Origin: Diadema antillarum
Taxonomy: Eukaryota
Length of the DNA stretch: 64,000 nt
Direction: 5' to 3'
Assembly: GCF_040938485.1 (NCBI RefSeq)
Contig: NW_027272360.1
Coordinates: 434,001 to 498,000 of the forward strand
A program made the position numbers and the translations under genes. The notes beneath the pieces were generated by a model, which made no database searches, had not been told where the DNA came from, and was given only the letters and a program-made list of their open reading frames with translations. Shown here one piece after another: positions 24,759 through 38,326 of this stretch (the stretch's first letter is position 1; each line of letters opens with the position of its first letter).

Positions 24759-27700
24759 TATCTTTATAGAGAGGTAAATGAGTAGCCCAATTAAAAGACG
24801 AATACACGAATGAATAGATATCTCTAAAATATTCATCCTCACTAAACTATTACAATAAGTTTCTACCACTGTCTACGCACTTTATCTTACTTCGGAATAC
24901 AAGTCAAGGGAATAAAATATCTCTCAATATCTCTTACCATAGAATGCAAGAACAAAGGATAATAACATTTTCTTTCTTCATGAATCTGAGTCTCTCTATA
25001 CTTGAACCACCAACAAAAGCAGATTTCGACTACATGCAAATGAGATTGCAACCAACAGAGCGACTTACAAGGGGAAGCAGCGGGCACGCCATCCAATTCG
25101 ACCAAAAGTTTGCCCGGTTCTCTCGGCAGCGGGATGTAGGCGAAGCCCTCGATGATGTCAGACTTGCCGTCGCGATTTTTGTAGGCATTGCGGACAGTGA
25201 CGTTGGTGTCAGAGATCTTACCGTCTGTGGATTTCATAATGAATACGACAAGCAAACCTAGATGTATCGTTTAAGAATATATTCCTTGATAAGAATCAAA
25301 TGCAACAACAATGGCTTTTCAATCCCAACTTACTAAGTAATTCCGGTCTACAAAAAATTATTACAGTTTAGGGCTTTTTACACTTGCGTTTCTTAACCCC
25401 GGACTTTCTCTGACCCAGGACTATCGTTAGTCCCGTACCAATTTTTTCAGCTTTTTACACTCGCCAATTAGTCCCGTACTATCTCTTGTCCGGGGCTAAG
25501 GAGAAATCTGACCTTTTTACACTCGTATTTCTTAGCCCCGGACTTTCCAAACCACATGAATATTCATAATCACGCTGTGTACTGTACACGTACACGCACG
25601 CACCGGCAGCACTTGATTACCTCGTTTCTGATTGGTTAGTGAGGGTCGGACTTCGTCTCCGTCGCTTAGCCCAGGATTATTTTTTCGTTCTGTTTACACT
25701 CACTTGCTTGGCACCGCAATTGCGGTGCTAACCCCTGCTATTTTGCAGGGCCAGATAGTACCGTACTATCGGTGGGGCTAGCCCACTTTGGCAAAAACGA
25801 GTGTAAACAGAAAGTGGGCTAAGGATAGTCCCGTACCAACGGTGGGGCTAAGGCCCCCCCCCCCCCCCCCCCCCCTTAGCCCCACCGTTGGTCCGGGGCT
25901 AAGCAAAAATTTACAAGTGTAAAAAGCCCTTATGACATACCTAATGTAGAACACTGTATCAAGAGAGATATCAAGGACGATGGATGTCATTAATGTGTGC
26001 AGCCTCAATAACGAAATACAGTATCAGCAAAGGTCTTGTTTGAGGATCAAAATGTCATGGGACAATTCACTTCAGACTCACAATCTCTTTGAAATGATTT
26101 GATAAAAAAAAAATCAAACTTCGCCAAACGGATAATTTTCTGGGATGGTATAATTAGATTAACCGATTAGATTAATCTTAATCATAATTGTATAATTGAC
26201 AAGTTTGAATGTTAGATATGTATGTTGTCGCCATGTAATTCCATTCACAGTCTTTGTTCTCTCTTTTTAAAGATGCATACGTGATTTGTTTTTAACGTCA
26301 TTCACATTATACCATACTCGATAAAAAAAAGTCTTACAGGTTGCTGTAATGCACTCAGCCCCTCCTGCTCCAGTGAAGAAATCAGCCCAGTAATCTGTGT
26401 ACATCTGCAAAATGACATAAAAAACATGATAAACTGTTTTAGATTCGAGGAATGGAGACACGAAGTCAAGAATGTTGTACGTAAACAATGGAAAACAACA
26501 TATGTCATGCGATATCAATGCCAAAGTGATTGTGATGATAACAATGACACCGCAATGGTGAAAAGATACCATACTCTCGATGACAACTTAAGATAACAGT
26601 CATGAAAGCAGTTATCGATCGGTAGAGACAGAGAAGGTACCTAACAAAACGATGACGTAAACAAAATATAAAGAAAAGAAGGAGAAAACAAATCCGTATG
26701 TACGATTGTGACTTCAGAAATTCAGGCAACGTCTTTCTGACAGTATGTAGAAATAGGAACTGATTTTCTGTTTTTTTTTTATATACCATTCTCTTGTTTC
26801 TTATAATTATGTAGCTTCATCGTCTTGAGTCACATGAGCAATTATTGATTTGTGCTATGCAACATGATGCAATTTTGAAGAGAAGGGTGCACTACGAATG
26901 TGTGAAACTGCATGGGTTGGTTTAGTATAGACGAAGTATATAGTGTGTTATTTTTCATTAGGCAGCTTCAAGTGCATGAACAATATAGTGTTGCTAATGA
27001 AAACATCCAAACGAGGTGAAGCTACAAATCTATAGCTGCCCGTAAAAAAAAAAAGAAATTAATGCAAGTTTTTGGTTCGTTCTTGATACGAAGCTGCATC
27101 TTCAAACGGCTAAATTAGAATATAAACAGGCCTGATATAACTATTATATAAAATTTCATTGGGTAGAATTGCTATGTAAAAGTTGGACAGTTACTGTCAT
27201 GCATGAAATAAAATCATCGAGCCAGGTCAGGCAAATAAATGTAGTGACACTGAGGAAATTATCTACTAGAATATCTAGAGCCTGAAAAGTATGAAGAAAG
27301 CGTCCGTCCTATCAGGGAGGTGAGACGCTTTTGTCTCACCTCCCTGGTTCTATGCACTTATGGCGTGATCTCCTGACATCACACTACGTAATAATGCCTA
27401 CTGCCTTTTGATTGTCTGATATTTCTCCGTATTACGCTTTAAATTCTTCATGCAGCAGTATTCTCGTAATAATAAAGAAAATAACTCATAATAAAAAAAT
27501 GAATAAAAATGTAGACATCAATCAAATGGAGTATGATGTACACTAAAACGTGTTCTGGGGAAACGATTAAAGCAGTAAAAGAAATTAAATTCTAGGGACT
27601 TCGATTATTCAGCAATTGCGTTTATCAGTTGCAATTTGAGGATGTTTCGACGGACATCGTTCGTCGTTCACCTCAATATGACACTTACTTGATACCACAC

Positions 27701-27814
27701 TCCAACGTATTTGTTCACATCGATGTCGTAGACAGTTCCTAGGCCTTGGACCGAGGGCGAGAGACACAAAATGGAGCCAAATATGGCCAGAAATGCTACA
27801 CCGGAACGAAACAT
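24187..27814 (-). CDS. Secreted lipocalin, apolipoprotein D-like (cluster gene 1), 189 aa
   Basis: Exons complement(27689-27814, 26338-26404, 25069-25224, 24187-24407), all GT-AG, phases 0/1/1, 570 nt. Signal peptide MFRSGVAFLAIFGSILCLSPSVQG; SCR1 YVGVWYQ; YWIIKLGP; SCR2 YSVVTD; SCR3 LFVLARD; two mature Cys. Confidence 0.92.
24468..24495. mobile_element. 28-bp palindromic hAT-like remnant with 8-bp TSD
   Basis: CAGTGCCGTATAT-CA-ATATACGGCACTG flanked by ACCGTATC at 24460-24467 and 24496-24503. Confidence 0.7.
24504..24684. mobile_element. Short TIR element with degenerate (TTAGGG)-like interior, in gene 1 intron 3
   Basis: 16-bp perfect inverted repeat AGGGCAATTACCCCCT / AGGGGGTAATTGCCCT enclosing GGTTAGGGTTAG- and TTAGGATTAGGGTTAGGG-like repeats. 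Confidence 0.7.
25371..25929. mobile_element. PIF/Harbinger-type non-autonomous element in gene 1 intron 2
   Basis: TIR GGGCTTTTTACACTTG / CAAGTGTAAAAAGCCC; TSD TTA at 25368-25370 and 25930-25932; many subterminal TTAGCCCCGGACT and AGTCCCGTAC repeats. Confidence 0.88.
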
Positions 27815-30809
27815 GATAGATTTTTTTTTTGAAGGATGATTTGATGCAAAGCTACAAGTCAAATTGTCGAGATGAGGAAAAGGATGACATCCACGCGCGA
27901 AGTTTGGTGGACACTTACTTGTGTAGGTCTGTTGGGCGGTGGTGGATATATGCCTTGGTAAGAATGATATAGCATTGATTAATAAGTATGGCGATATCAG
28001 TGGGGTGTTCGCGGACTTTAACCCTAACCTCGCGAACTTAAACTAATTATCACGACTGACTTCTACGATGAAAGGCTGGTAAGCTGTATCTCATCCCCAA
28101 GGAAATATACAGGACGGGGTAATAATTTTGTCTCCCTGTACACCTTTACGAAGTGTGACTGGAGCTTCCTTCGACAAAAATTATGATAAATACTGCTTAA
28201 GAGAAACTTTGGGTCATCTGTCAGACCACATGTCTCAATTCTCGTCACACCCATACACCCTAAAATGTGGAATTCAGTCCTGCTGAGTATCTATTAAGTT
28301 GGTGCTAATCATCTGCAACCTGCACTGATAAGGAGAAGCAAATAGGCAAACAATTACTTCTCTTTTTTTTTCCTGTGCACGAAACTTGAGCATAAGGATT
28401 GAGATACCTTCCTGGCCTCAAAGTGATAACAGCTCCGGTGATAGGTTCTCATGAGTCAACCTCGAAATACCTTTATCTGGTTAATTATCAACGCTATCCT
28501 GATTATATGGGTTAGAGATCCAATCTGTTATGACAAAGATTAAAGTATACAAAACAGTTATCAAACTGTTTCAATAATACGAGGATAAACTCATAAACCG
28601 ATCTTTCTTCCTTCGATATTAATAATGACTCCAAGAAGAAGCGTGCACCAATGCGTGAGGAAAGGATTACAAAATTATATTGACTTGCCTCTTGTTAAAG
28701 AAAAAAAATATTCATAGACAAATTGTCGGGATGTAATGGAGCCCGAAGTAATCACATGTCACAAAAATGATAACTCATATCGTTAGGAATGACTGCAAAT
28801 ATGTTTTATAACATGTTCAATTTCAAGAGCAGATGACTTAAGGGTGTATCTATTTTGATGAAATTACAGATAGTCGGTCTCACTGTAAAATAATTGTAGT
28901 TCATAACTGCGATATTAGCACCTAAGATAACAAGCCATTGTTCTGTACGTGCTATGTTGAACTGATTCTTTAAAACTGTCTAAAATCACAAAATCGTATT
29001 TCCCCTTTTTCAGTTGCTATTGAGCATCAACACAATATAGGGCTTTTTATTTACATAATTGATAGTTCAGTTCAGTTTAGTTCGTTTTCATATTTTTCAA
29101 AAATAAACAGTACGTTGATGTAACACAAAATACTAACCGGCACAAAGTACTTAATATCAAAAAGCACATTTCCACTGTCCAATCCGGGAGGTTGCGTTGT
29201 TTTAACATTCGCGTTGCAGATCTAAAACTCTCTGTTCATTAAACTGTACGCACTTGCAAACTATTACTGTAGTGTAACCTGTACTGCCCCACCCTGATGG
29301 CAAAAGAAAGCGAGCGACAAATTCGATATTTCTTTGAAATAAACAATTTGTGGTGCCGATTAAATTGATAATCATCATCAATAAAGAAGTGAAATTATTC
29401 CATTGTTACAGAAAATAATAAGGTTATACCCGTACTAGAAGCGTCCTCTTACAGCGGCAGGCCTTCTTCTGCACATTTTTACAGGAAATTATTTACAAAT
29501 TTGGTAAAATTATATATTTTGATAAAGAAATCAATCTAAGTCTTTTCTCCCTTGAATCATGTACATTGTAATCTATATAATTATCTATGTTTTCTATTGT
29601 ATTAGTGAAAAGAATTCTGATTCATGTAATGACATTATGTTGAAGAAAATAAATCAAACAAACAAACAAACAAACATTTCGCGACGATTACACAAAGCCA
29701 CCACTTAACATTGGTTATCAAAGTTATGGTGATTTTTCTCGGGCTGAATAAAATTTAACACTATTATGGTTGCAATTCTCACTGCTCTGTTGCGTTGCTT
29801 TGACACAATTTTGACTTGACTGTATTCTGATTAAAGAAAATAGCTATCTTGATGTAGTATATGCCACGGAAAAGTGGGCTATTGCATATACAGTTCAGTT
29901 CGAAATGCTATCGCCAATCACTAAATTCGTGCAGTAAATACATGCATGAATTCAAAACGAAGTGAAACCGATAATTATTCTCAGGTACGATGCATGAATT
30001 TTATTGTGGTTTCTTTCGTTATATAATTCAGTCGTCACCCCATGATATGTCTTCTCACATGAAGCGTTGTATCAATTAAACTCACCGCAGAACACTCTCC
30101 AGCCTTGCTTCTAAATGACGCTATATTCTTGATAACTTCGTAATTTGTTCATTGCTCTATCAAATCTTATACATTTCTGCTCCTCTTGTAACGAGCCACA
30201 TTATTTTTTGTAAATGATCGAACACATTTTTGTTTGTTTCTTTGTATCTTTCAATGACGTGGTTCTTGCTCTTAATGTTTTATATGCCTGGTATGACGTT
30301 ACCACGTTCATGGTTTATACTTTTAACTTGAACCAAGCTGCATGCAATGTACGTTGTAATCACATTGCTCCAAATTGGCTTTGAAAGGCAAAAACAATAT
30401 GAGCGCTACTGATTTAATCACTATATTGGTGAATTTCAATATTACACTGCATCTTTATCGGCGAAAGAGCTCTGTGTTTTGTGGAGTTGACTAGCAAACT
30501 CCAGATGTTCAACGACTAATTCACTTTAAGCATCTCAAACAATGTAGAACGGATCAGCCAAGATGAGAACAAGATTAACAATTTCGTAACTGAAATGCAC
30601 GTGGATCATCCACTGTAAATTCTCACGGCTCACTCCAAGTTTTTAAAGCTCACGTTTTCTAACACGTTTTCATACTTGCACTATCCTTTGATGTGAAGCT
30701 ACGAATTGCCAATTCATTTTTTTTTGCTCATATATCGCTCAATACAGCTCAAGCAGAGTGATGACGTAACAAATTGCATGAAAATTACATAATTTGAAGC
30801 AAAAAATCC

Positions 30810-30816
30810 TATAAAA
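30810..30816 (+). promoter_or_regulatory. TATA box of lipocalin gene 2
   Basis: TATAAAA 125 nt upstream of ATG 30935; CRE-like TGACGTAA at 30762-30769. Confidence 0.55.
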
Positions 30817-30934
30817 GACGCGAACACCCATCACCCAGATAGTCACTTCTAGAGGTCCACAAGGAACATTCAGCTCTTCTGGAGACATCCACAGCTTCTT
30901 CTCTTCTGCTCAAAGAAAAATCTCCAAGACAACC

Positions 30935-32877
30935 ATGAAACAGACGCTGGCAGTCGCTCTCTTCCTCATCTTCGCCGTTCTCGGTGGACACGCTCTGGAG
31001 GTGGTGCCCGAGCTAGATGCCACTGCCTACGTTGGAAGATGGTACCAGGTGAGACTGTCAAACTATCTCGATTTCTTGAAGACTTCAAATGCTTTCATTG
31101 ATGAACGTAACTATTTACGTATTTTTATAAATTGTGCTCTCCTAGTATCTTTCGTACACCTTAGTTTAACAAGGCTTTTTCCCCATTGGAAATAAAATAG
31201 GAATGGAAGTATGAGTGGAGAAAAAAATCGAAAGACGTTATTAGCAAACGAAATTTGAAGTTATACAACTTTGTAAGTTTACAACATTCAATGTAATGGA
31301 CTGCTTTCGTTTGACAGGGAAGAAAAGGAAGGACATGCGAAAGTATTAACTTACCAGCATGACTTGCTATTATTGATTTTTTTTTTGCACCATAGGTTTA
31401 CACAAACTACTGGGCTGATCTGTTCTCCAACGTGATGGAGCCTGACTGCGTCACAGCTGATTGTAAGTAGAGTTATCCTCTTAATGAGATCAAATATTGA
31501 CCAGGAAAAATTGTCTGGCTTTTGCCAGTTGGCTTCTGGGGACTTAAAGACAGAATAAACTAAAATAAAATCGCCACAAAATAATAACTATGAACTGTAA
31601 GCAAACTGCTGACATCTCATTTTTCAAATGCGATCCGACACATTAATGCAAATTTGTCTCTAGTAGTAACTGATGACTCTGGCATTGAATAGACATATTG
31701 GTTCCACGTTTGTCACTTGGATTGATTTACATGGTGGCTATGAGACCCATCACCACTTTTCAGTCATAAAGTTGGGCAGAAGGGAATCGTCATCATTCAA
31801 ATTTTGAAATAATTACAACCATGTCCGAATGTGTTGTAATAATTCGCTCTTTTAGCGGGAAAATGTCGTTTCTATGGGCGTTGTGCCCAGCTTTAGGCTG
31901 AAAAAAAATATGTTGAAGCGTTTTAGTACATGATAATTCTAAATTGAGGAATAGGAAGATGTGAGACCCGCCAATCGCTCAAGAAGAAAATCGTTGGTGT
32001 ATTTTTTTTCTGTTCTTCTGTAACGAAGACGCCCAGATCAACGCCACTTTCCTGTCCGTCTACAACGCCAACTACCGGTTCGACGAGAAGTACACGGATG
32101 ACATCAGCGGCTACGCCTATATCCCTGACCTGTCGACACCAGGCAAGCTCAAGGTCGTTCTCGAAGGCGTTCCCGTGGAAGGAGATTGTGAGTAAAGACA
32201 GAAAATGCAAAGCAGAGCCTTGTTCGCATATAGTATAAGTCTTCTCTCAACATGCTGACCATATTAACAGCGTCTTGCTGGCTTGTTTTGTTAGTGATGA
32301 AGAGAATGTTCCGTCTTTCGTTCCATAAAACAAGGTAGAGAAATAGCTTTTCTGCCTTGGTTGTCATGAGCAAAGGGGTTATGTACATGTTGGACATTTA
32401 ACAGATGTTTCACAAAAAAAAAAGGCTGCAATGAAAAATAAATCATACTCAGTATGCAGGAAAATGAAATTTAACAAGCTTGTTAAGATTTCCTCTCTGG
32501 AAGTGTATGCTGAAGATCGTATATATGGGTGTCTTTTGTTTTTTGTTTTTTTTTTTTGTTTTGGGGGGGGGGGGCAAAGGAAGTGGAAGAGAAAAAAATA
32601 CCAACATCATCACAACGCAATCCTCCGTTCATCTACAGATTGGATCTTCGAGCTGGGACCGAAGATAAACGGCCAGTACCAGTACAGTCTCGTGACGGAC
32701 GGGGAGAAGGCCCGTCAGCTTTTCGTGCTGGCCCGCAACCCTTCCCAGTTCGCCCTGCTGTACGAGAAGCAGGTGCTGAACTCCGTTGCCAACGCAGGCT
32801 TCAGGGGCCCGCTGAAGAGGCCCTACGCGGTTCCTCATCCCGATGAATGCGTCTACCCACCCACCGCTTCCCTGTAA
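30935..32877 (+). CDS. Secreted lipocalin, apolipoprotein D-like (cluster gene 2), 192 aa
   Basis: Exons 30935-31048, 31396-31462, 32029-32187, 32639-32877; GT-AG; phases 0/1/1; 579 nt. MKQTLAVALFLIFAVLGGHA signal; YVGRWYQ; YWIFELGP; YSLVTDG; LFVLARN; C-terminal CVYP. Confidence 0.93.
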
Positions 32878-33523
32878 ATGAGCATCGGGTTCCTTCAATG
32901 TATAATTCAAATTTATTTATTCCCGAACCCACGTCATTGCTATTACTCTAATTATTTATTCTCTATAACCAAGCCGTGTTTGATCACGGGGCCCTCTTTT
33001 CTCATATTGACTCTCTGACTTCAGCGTGTTATCGTCTTTTAGCTAGTTCTGTTTCGTATATGCCCATACAATTTTCGTAAAAGCGTATCCTAAAGTGTTG
33101 CTATCAACAGGTCTCTGGGTCTAAACTAAAAACAAATGAGGTTCTCATTGTCAATTCTCTCTAACGAAAAAACGTGACAGTACACAACTAAACAAATCAT
33201 TATGTCAATGTTAATGATCTCATCTCTTTTTCTTTGGATTTCTCCATTGATGGTATCTCAACTATTCAGATACAATATGTTTAAATCTTCACAAAGTGGA
33301 ATAATCATAAGCATTTGGAAATTACTTTTGAGAATTTTCCGTCGAAGGATACTTGCTCATTCTGGATATATTAAAAAATATATTTACAGTAAGATTAGGC
33401 AAATAACTTTCTGTTTATTACATGCCACGGAATTTTGTGTTATTTATTGAATAAAAGACGACTGTACAACTGCATAATCAATGTTGAGTACATTTTCTTC
33501 CTTCATAAGCCAGAGTCCACTAT

Positions 33524-33690
33524 NNNNNNNNNNNNNNNNNNNNNNNNNNNNNNNNNNNNNNNNNNNNNNNNNNNNNNNNNNNNNNNNNNNNNNNNNNNNN
33601 NNNNNNNNNNNNNNNNNNNNNNNNNNNNNNNNNNNNNNNNNNNNNNNNNNNNNNNNNNNNNNNNNNNNNNNNNNNNNNNNNNNNNNNNNN
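33524..33690. other. Assembly gap (167 N)
   Basis: Run of N bases. Confidence 1.
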
Positions 33691-35074
33691 TAAGTATAGA
33701 CATTCATGAGGATATATAAATATGTGTGTATGTATGTATGTATGTGTAAGGAGAGAGAGAGAGTGTGTGTGTGGGGGGGGGGGGGGGGGAGAGTTGAAAC
33801 AGAGAAATAATCAAGAGATAAGTTAAGAACACCCCAGCATAACAAAAGTGTGTGTGTGGTTTTTTTTTCAAAGAAAAGGGGTACATGATAAAGCCGCATC
33901 GCTAGGAACTTATACATATTTTACCAAGAGCTGTATGAAGCATGTTCAAAAGAAATACTAGTATAAAATGTTATCAATTTTTTTTTTTCAACACCCAAGC
34001 GTGTTATGAAATCATATAAGACACAAAATCTGAACACTCTGCTCGAAATTTTCCGATCTGATTTTGGGTCTTCTGCGACGTTCATAATAATGTTCAGTTC
34101 CGCAACTAACTGAATTTGATTTCAAGTGAATAACTATATAATTAACTTCACCACTGAGCAGTTTCATAATGTAGTGCGTTTTTTTTCTCTTGATGATTAT
34201 GGAAGGAAGACATAATATTCGATGGAAACAAGAGTGTTAGAGATAATGTTACAAATAAGAAAACTGAAGCGTTACACATGAACTGATCGTAGTTCTTTGA
34301 AATAAGTTTCAAAATAGAATACGTGCAACGTGAAAGCACTGTACAGCTCAGGACTAAACATGACTATACGTCAAAATGAAATATTTTTCATTGACTTCTG
34401 CACAACGTTTGCATAGTATGGTGTACTCTGTTTAATTTGTTCTTCTCATAATTTTTCTTCCTGTGTTAAAAAAGCCCAAAATGATGTTTTTCTATCATTA
34501 ATGGATGATTTCGTGTCAAAACATATTTCCTTTCCTTTTGTGAGCCATTTCAGTTACTTTTATGTGTGTTTCCTTTGAAGGTATATAACTGTCGAGCTAA
34601 CACGGCATTTTCAAAAAAATTATTTTCTTTATCATTGTATTTTATTTTTTAACTTGACGAAACTCTTTGTTCTATTTATTTTTCATTATATTCTTAAAAC
34701 TAAAAGAAACAACAAATCAGTTGGCTTCGATATAGGGTTTGATGATTGTAGAACGACATAATTTTATCAAGAAAATGAGTTACGTAATGTGCACTTGCAG
34801 TTAGTTTACTCTGGTAGAGAGTAGTAGTTTTTTTTAATAGAGGAAGGCAGAGAGAGAGAGAGAGAGAGAGCGCGAAGGTGCGAGAAAAAAGAAACGTTAT
34901 CCTCTGTAACAGAAAAGTGTTTTCTCTTCAACATCATGGCTGTGTTTGCTGTGTGTAGTGTAATAATATATTAGTACAACGTAAACATTATCGAGTGTGT
35001 ATGTGTGCCTACGCATGTTTCCCACTATGCAAATGTCGTACAAAAACAAATGACTTTTTGTACTCAGTACAGTT

Positions 35075-35250
35075 CATCATGGTTCTGCCTTGGACTGCAA
35101 TTTGTTCACCTTGTATAGCGCTCAATTTCCTGACATCGTTAAGACACTAATGGTCTCACTTGCATGATATATGCAGATGATAGTCAAATAGTGTCAGGTT
35201 TATCTGAGTTCCCTTTAAAGTAACAGAAAGATGGCTATATATATATACAG

Positions 35251-35298
<48 letters not shown>

Positions 35299-36170
35299 GA
35301 TAATAATATCAATCACTGCAAAATAACATCTTTACTAGTCAATCAAAAACAAGTAACTTGTGAATGTATCCGAGACTGAGGTAATTCATTTTTTTCACAT
35401 CTAGATTCTCTACCACTTAACTTAAGCCTTGTACACAGTTGTCACTGTTGATGTCGTAAACATCAGTGCACTCAATACTGCTCGCAACCTTGGTGTCGTC
35501 GTGGATAAACATCTATCAGTGTTTCATCACATCACCAACCATCACGATCTCTTGATCTGCAATCATTCGCAAACGGAAGAAATCCGGCAATTGAGCTTTA
35601 TCACAAATCTGTAGAAACAGTGGTTCACTTCGTAATGATGTCTCACGTTGATGATTTTTATGTCCTTCTTTATGGTAAACCAGAAAAAAAAAAGAGGGGG
35701 GGGGGGGGGGAGAAGAATTCAAACGTGTTCGGAGAATCCAAAATGCAGTAAGCAAGGCTGGTAACAGATGGTCGTTCTATGCAAAGATTCGATTTCCTCA
35801 ATCTCTTAGATCACCACTGGTAACCCGTTGAGAAACGCATTCCCACGTGCTTCAAAACACTATGCACTTTATACATAATCTCTCTCTCCCTCCGTATACG
35901 TCATATAAATCAGAGAGCTGGTGCACCTGTACACTCCTGTACGCACTCTTAGATCATCTCCACATCATCTTCTTTCAATCATGCCTTTTAAAACTCATAC
36001 GTAATTATAGCAATTGATCTTCTTCAGCATCTGCTCCTGTACTTTGGAATTCTTTACCACTGGAAATAAAATACCCTGACTAGAACAGTGTAGAATACTA
36101 TTGTTCAAGTCTGTCTGGGAAACTCATCTCTTTTTCAGAATTGTAACAATTTATTTGAATTCATAAGTAG
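35075..36170 (+). mobile_element. Decayed L2-clade LINE (RT and C-terminal region) interrupted by (TA)n
   Basis: HGS..G..LFTLY; YADDSQI at 35170-35190; ARNLGVVVDKHLS; RRIQNA; broken frames. Confidence 0.75.
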
Positions 36171-37049
36171 TGTGATTTTACTTGTGATATGAATTCTTAA
36201 ATGTAGGCCCACATGTAGCTATTTAACAGTGTTATATGTCGATATGAAGCGCGTAGAACATCTTTATCATAAGCTACATAAATCACAGTTACACTTCAAT
36301 TACTCCACTACGCAAACACACAAATCAGCACATACAGTATTAGCATGCAAACACTTAGTTTTAGTACTGTTACCTATAGATATTGGAACATTTCTATTTC
36401 ACTTCACTTTTGGTGCTGATAACATTTTTACGTTCTTCATATTCAAATTATAGAAGGACCATTTCTGAACCAGGAGTATACATGTAGCTGCAGTTGCCAT
36501 GTTGCATTTGATATTTCTCAAGGATGGCCGTATATTCCAATTCAGTTTATGTTTATGTAAACATATATAATCTTGGTTTTATAATTTCATGTCAATCAAG
36601 AAGATTTTAATGACTCAACGGAATAACTAATACGTTGACTTCAACCATAATTTGACTTTGTCATTATCAGCAACTTGAAAACCTATTACACACGTGACGG
36701 GACACACAAATTTAAGGATCGACACAACGCAAAATAAAACAACTAGGACAAATCGTCAGCTGAGACAGTTCCCTCGGGGAAAAAAAAAATGTAGCAGATT
36801 TCTGAACCGCACACCAAAATCAAAATACTGGATGACTGATGAAAAGGGTGAAGCTGGGAAAAGAGATAGACCTCAAAACAACTACATGTCTACCGCCGAG
36901 GCCTTCAACCGTGGTAAAGCCTTTATTCCTGTTTTCCATTTGCATCTATTTCATTTCCAACAAAAAAGAATAGAATTTACAGTGAGACATTTCGATACAC
37001 ATATTTACACAAAATAAATACAACATTGTAACAAAAGAAAATACTGTGA

Positions 37050-37900
37050 ACTGAAATACAATGAATTTTATTTTCACGACAATTTTCATGACAAAACAAG
37101 ATTGTTAGAAATTGAGAAGGTGGCTGAAAAGCGGAGTTTGTATTTTGCAAACTGCCATAAACAATAAGTACTTTAGTACCGGACTAACAAACTATACGAA
37201 AATTGCCTAAAAAAGAAAGACAAAGAAGAAGAAGAAGAAGAAGAAGAAGAAGAAGAAGAATAAACACATATCACACCACACACAAACGAACATGAAGAAG
37301 CACCTCTCTTGTTAAAAAGGAAAAACAAACCAAAAACAGCTAAGCGTAAAAAGAATATCAACAGGAATAGGCTACAAAGTCAGGGGAGAAGGGCAGAGGA
37401 AGAGGAGTTGAAGGGTGTAAGCCAACACACGTAAGGCACGACATTTACAGGCTCGCCGAGGTGTTGAATACTAGCAATCAATTAAGAATTTCTAGATGAT
37501 CAAGAAATCATCAGCACTGCCGATAATGGGAAAGGCTGGAAGCCGTGAGAAAAGAGTTTAGATTAAAACGATAAGAAATAATCGCAACAAATTCGCAGTA
37601 GCTGAAATTATACAAGGGCAAGACAGGAAGGATCTCCGTTTTCAGACCTTTGCCAGTGCAAAATTATCGCCGCAAAAAGGAATTGCAACGTTTGTTCAAA
37701 ATCTTGTAACCAATGAAGAGGAACAGCCTGCCATTATAATGCACATCGTCAGGGATATATGAATTATAAAAACCATAACGCAAGATGGAGTTCTATGACA
37801 TTTGTAGATTTTCAAATGATTATACAGATCAGGACCATCAGAAATTGACTCACATAACACTTTATCAACTTAAAGTCATGAGTCTACGAGGACATCCTTA
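37050..37900 (-). mobile_element. Highly decayed L2/Crack-like LINE 3' portion
   Basis: Minus-strand remnants (LKTEILPVLPLYNF) plus an L2-like 3' UTR ending in AAATAAAA near 37065; weak. Confidence 0.35.
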
Positions 37901-38195
37901 ATTACGTAATGTCAACTGACTTCTTAAAAGCCTTATTTTCTTTCGCCCTTCTCTAACAAAATGCCAGATGACGATTTCACACGACGATAATTCCATAGCG
38001 TAGGACTATTTTTCAAAGAAATAAGTAGACACGGTATTATGAAATAACCAAATAAGATGATAAGAATAAGAAGTGGTCAAACAGACCTCAAAACTTACGC
38101 AAGGCATCATTCTCTTGCAACATGGGCGTGTTCATGCCCTACTCATCTCATGGGTGGACACGTGTTCATCTTCCGACAATTCATGCCAACTCTGG

Positions 38196-38202
38196 TATAA
38201 AA
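38196..38202 (+). promoter_or_regulatory. TATA box of lipocalin gene 3
   Basis: TATAAAA 131 nt upstream of ATG 38327, a spacing similar to gene 2. Confidence 0.55.
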
Positions 38203-38326
38203 ACTGATAACTTGGACGTTCCGTTCCATCACCACTGACACCGGCTCCAGACATTGTCGCAGAGACACGCCCTAGAGGTACAGAACTCGTCACCACACGC
38301 ACACACTCACACACTCGCCGCCAGCC

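Noticed and set aside
28000-30700. Additional lipocalin exons or pseudogenes between cluster members (also 33-38 kb and 41-43 kb)
   Set aside because: No GxWYQ-gt, YW..LGP or C.TA(D/T)-gt signatures were seen on either strand by eye; a tBLASTn would be decisive.
33435-33917. ORFs spanning X residues
   Set aside because: They read through the 167-N assembly gap. The gap is too short as given to hide a full sixth gene, though its true size is unknown.
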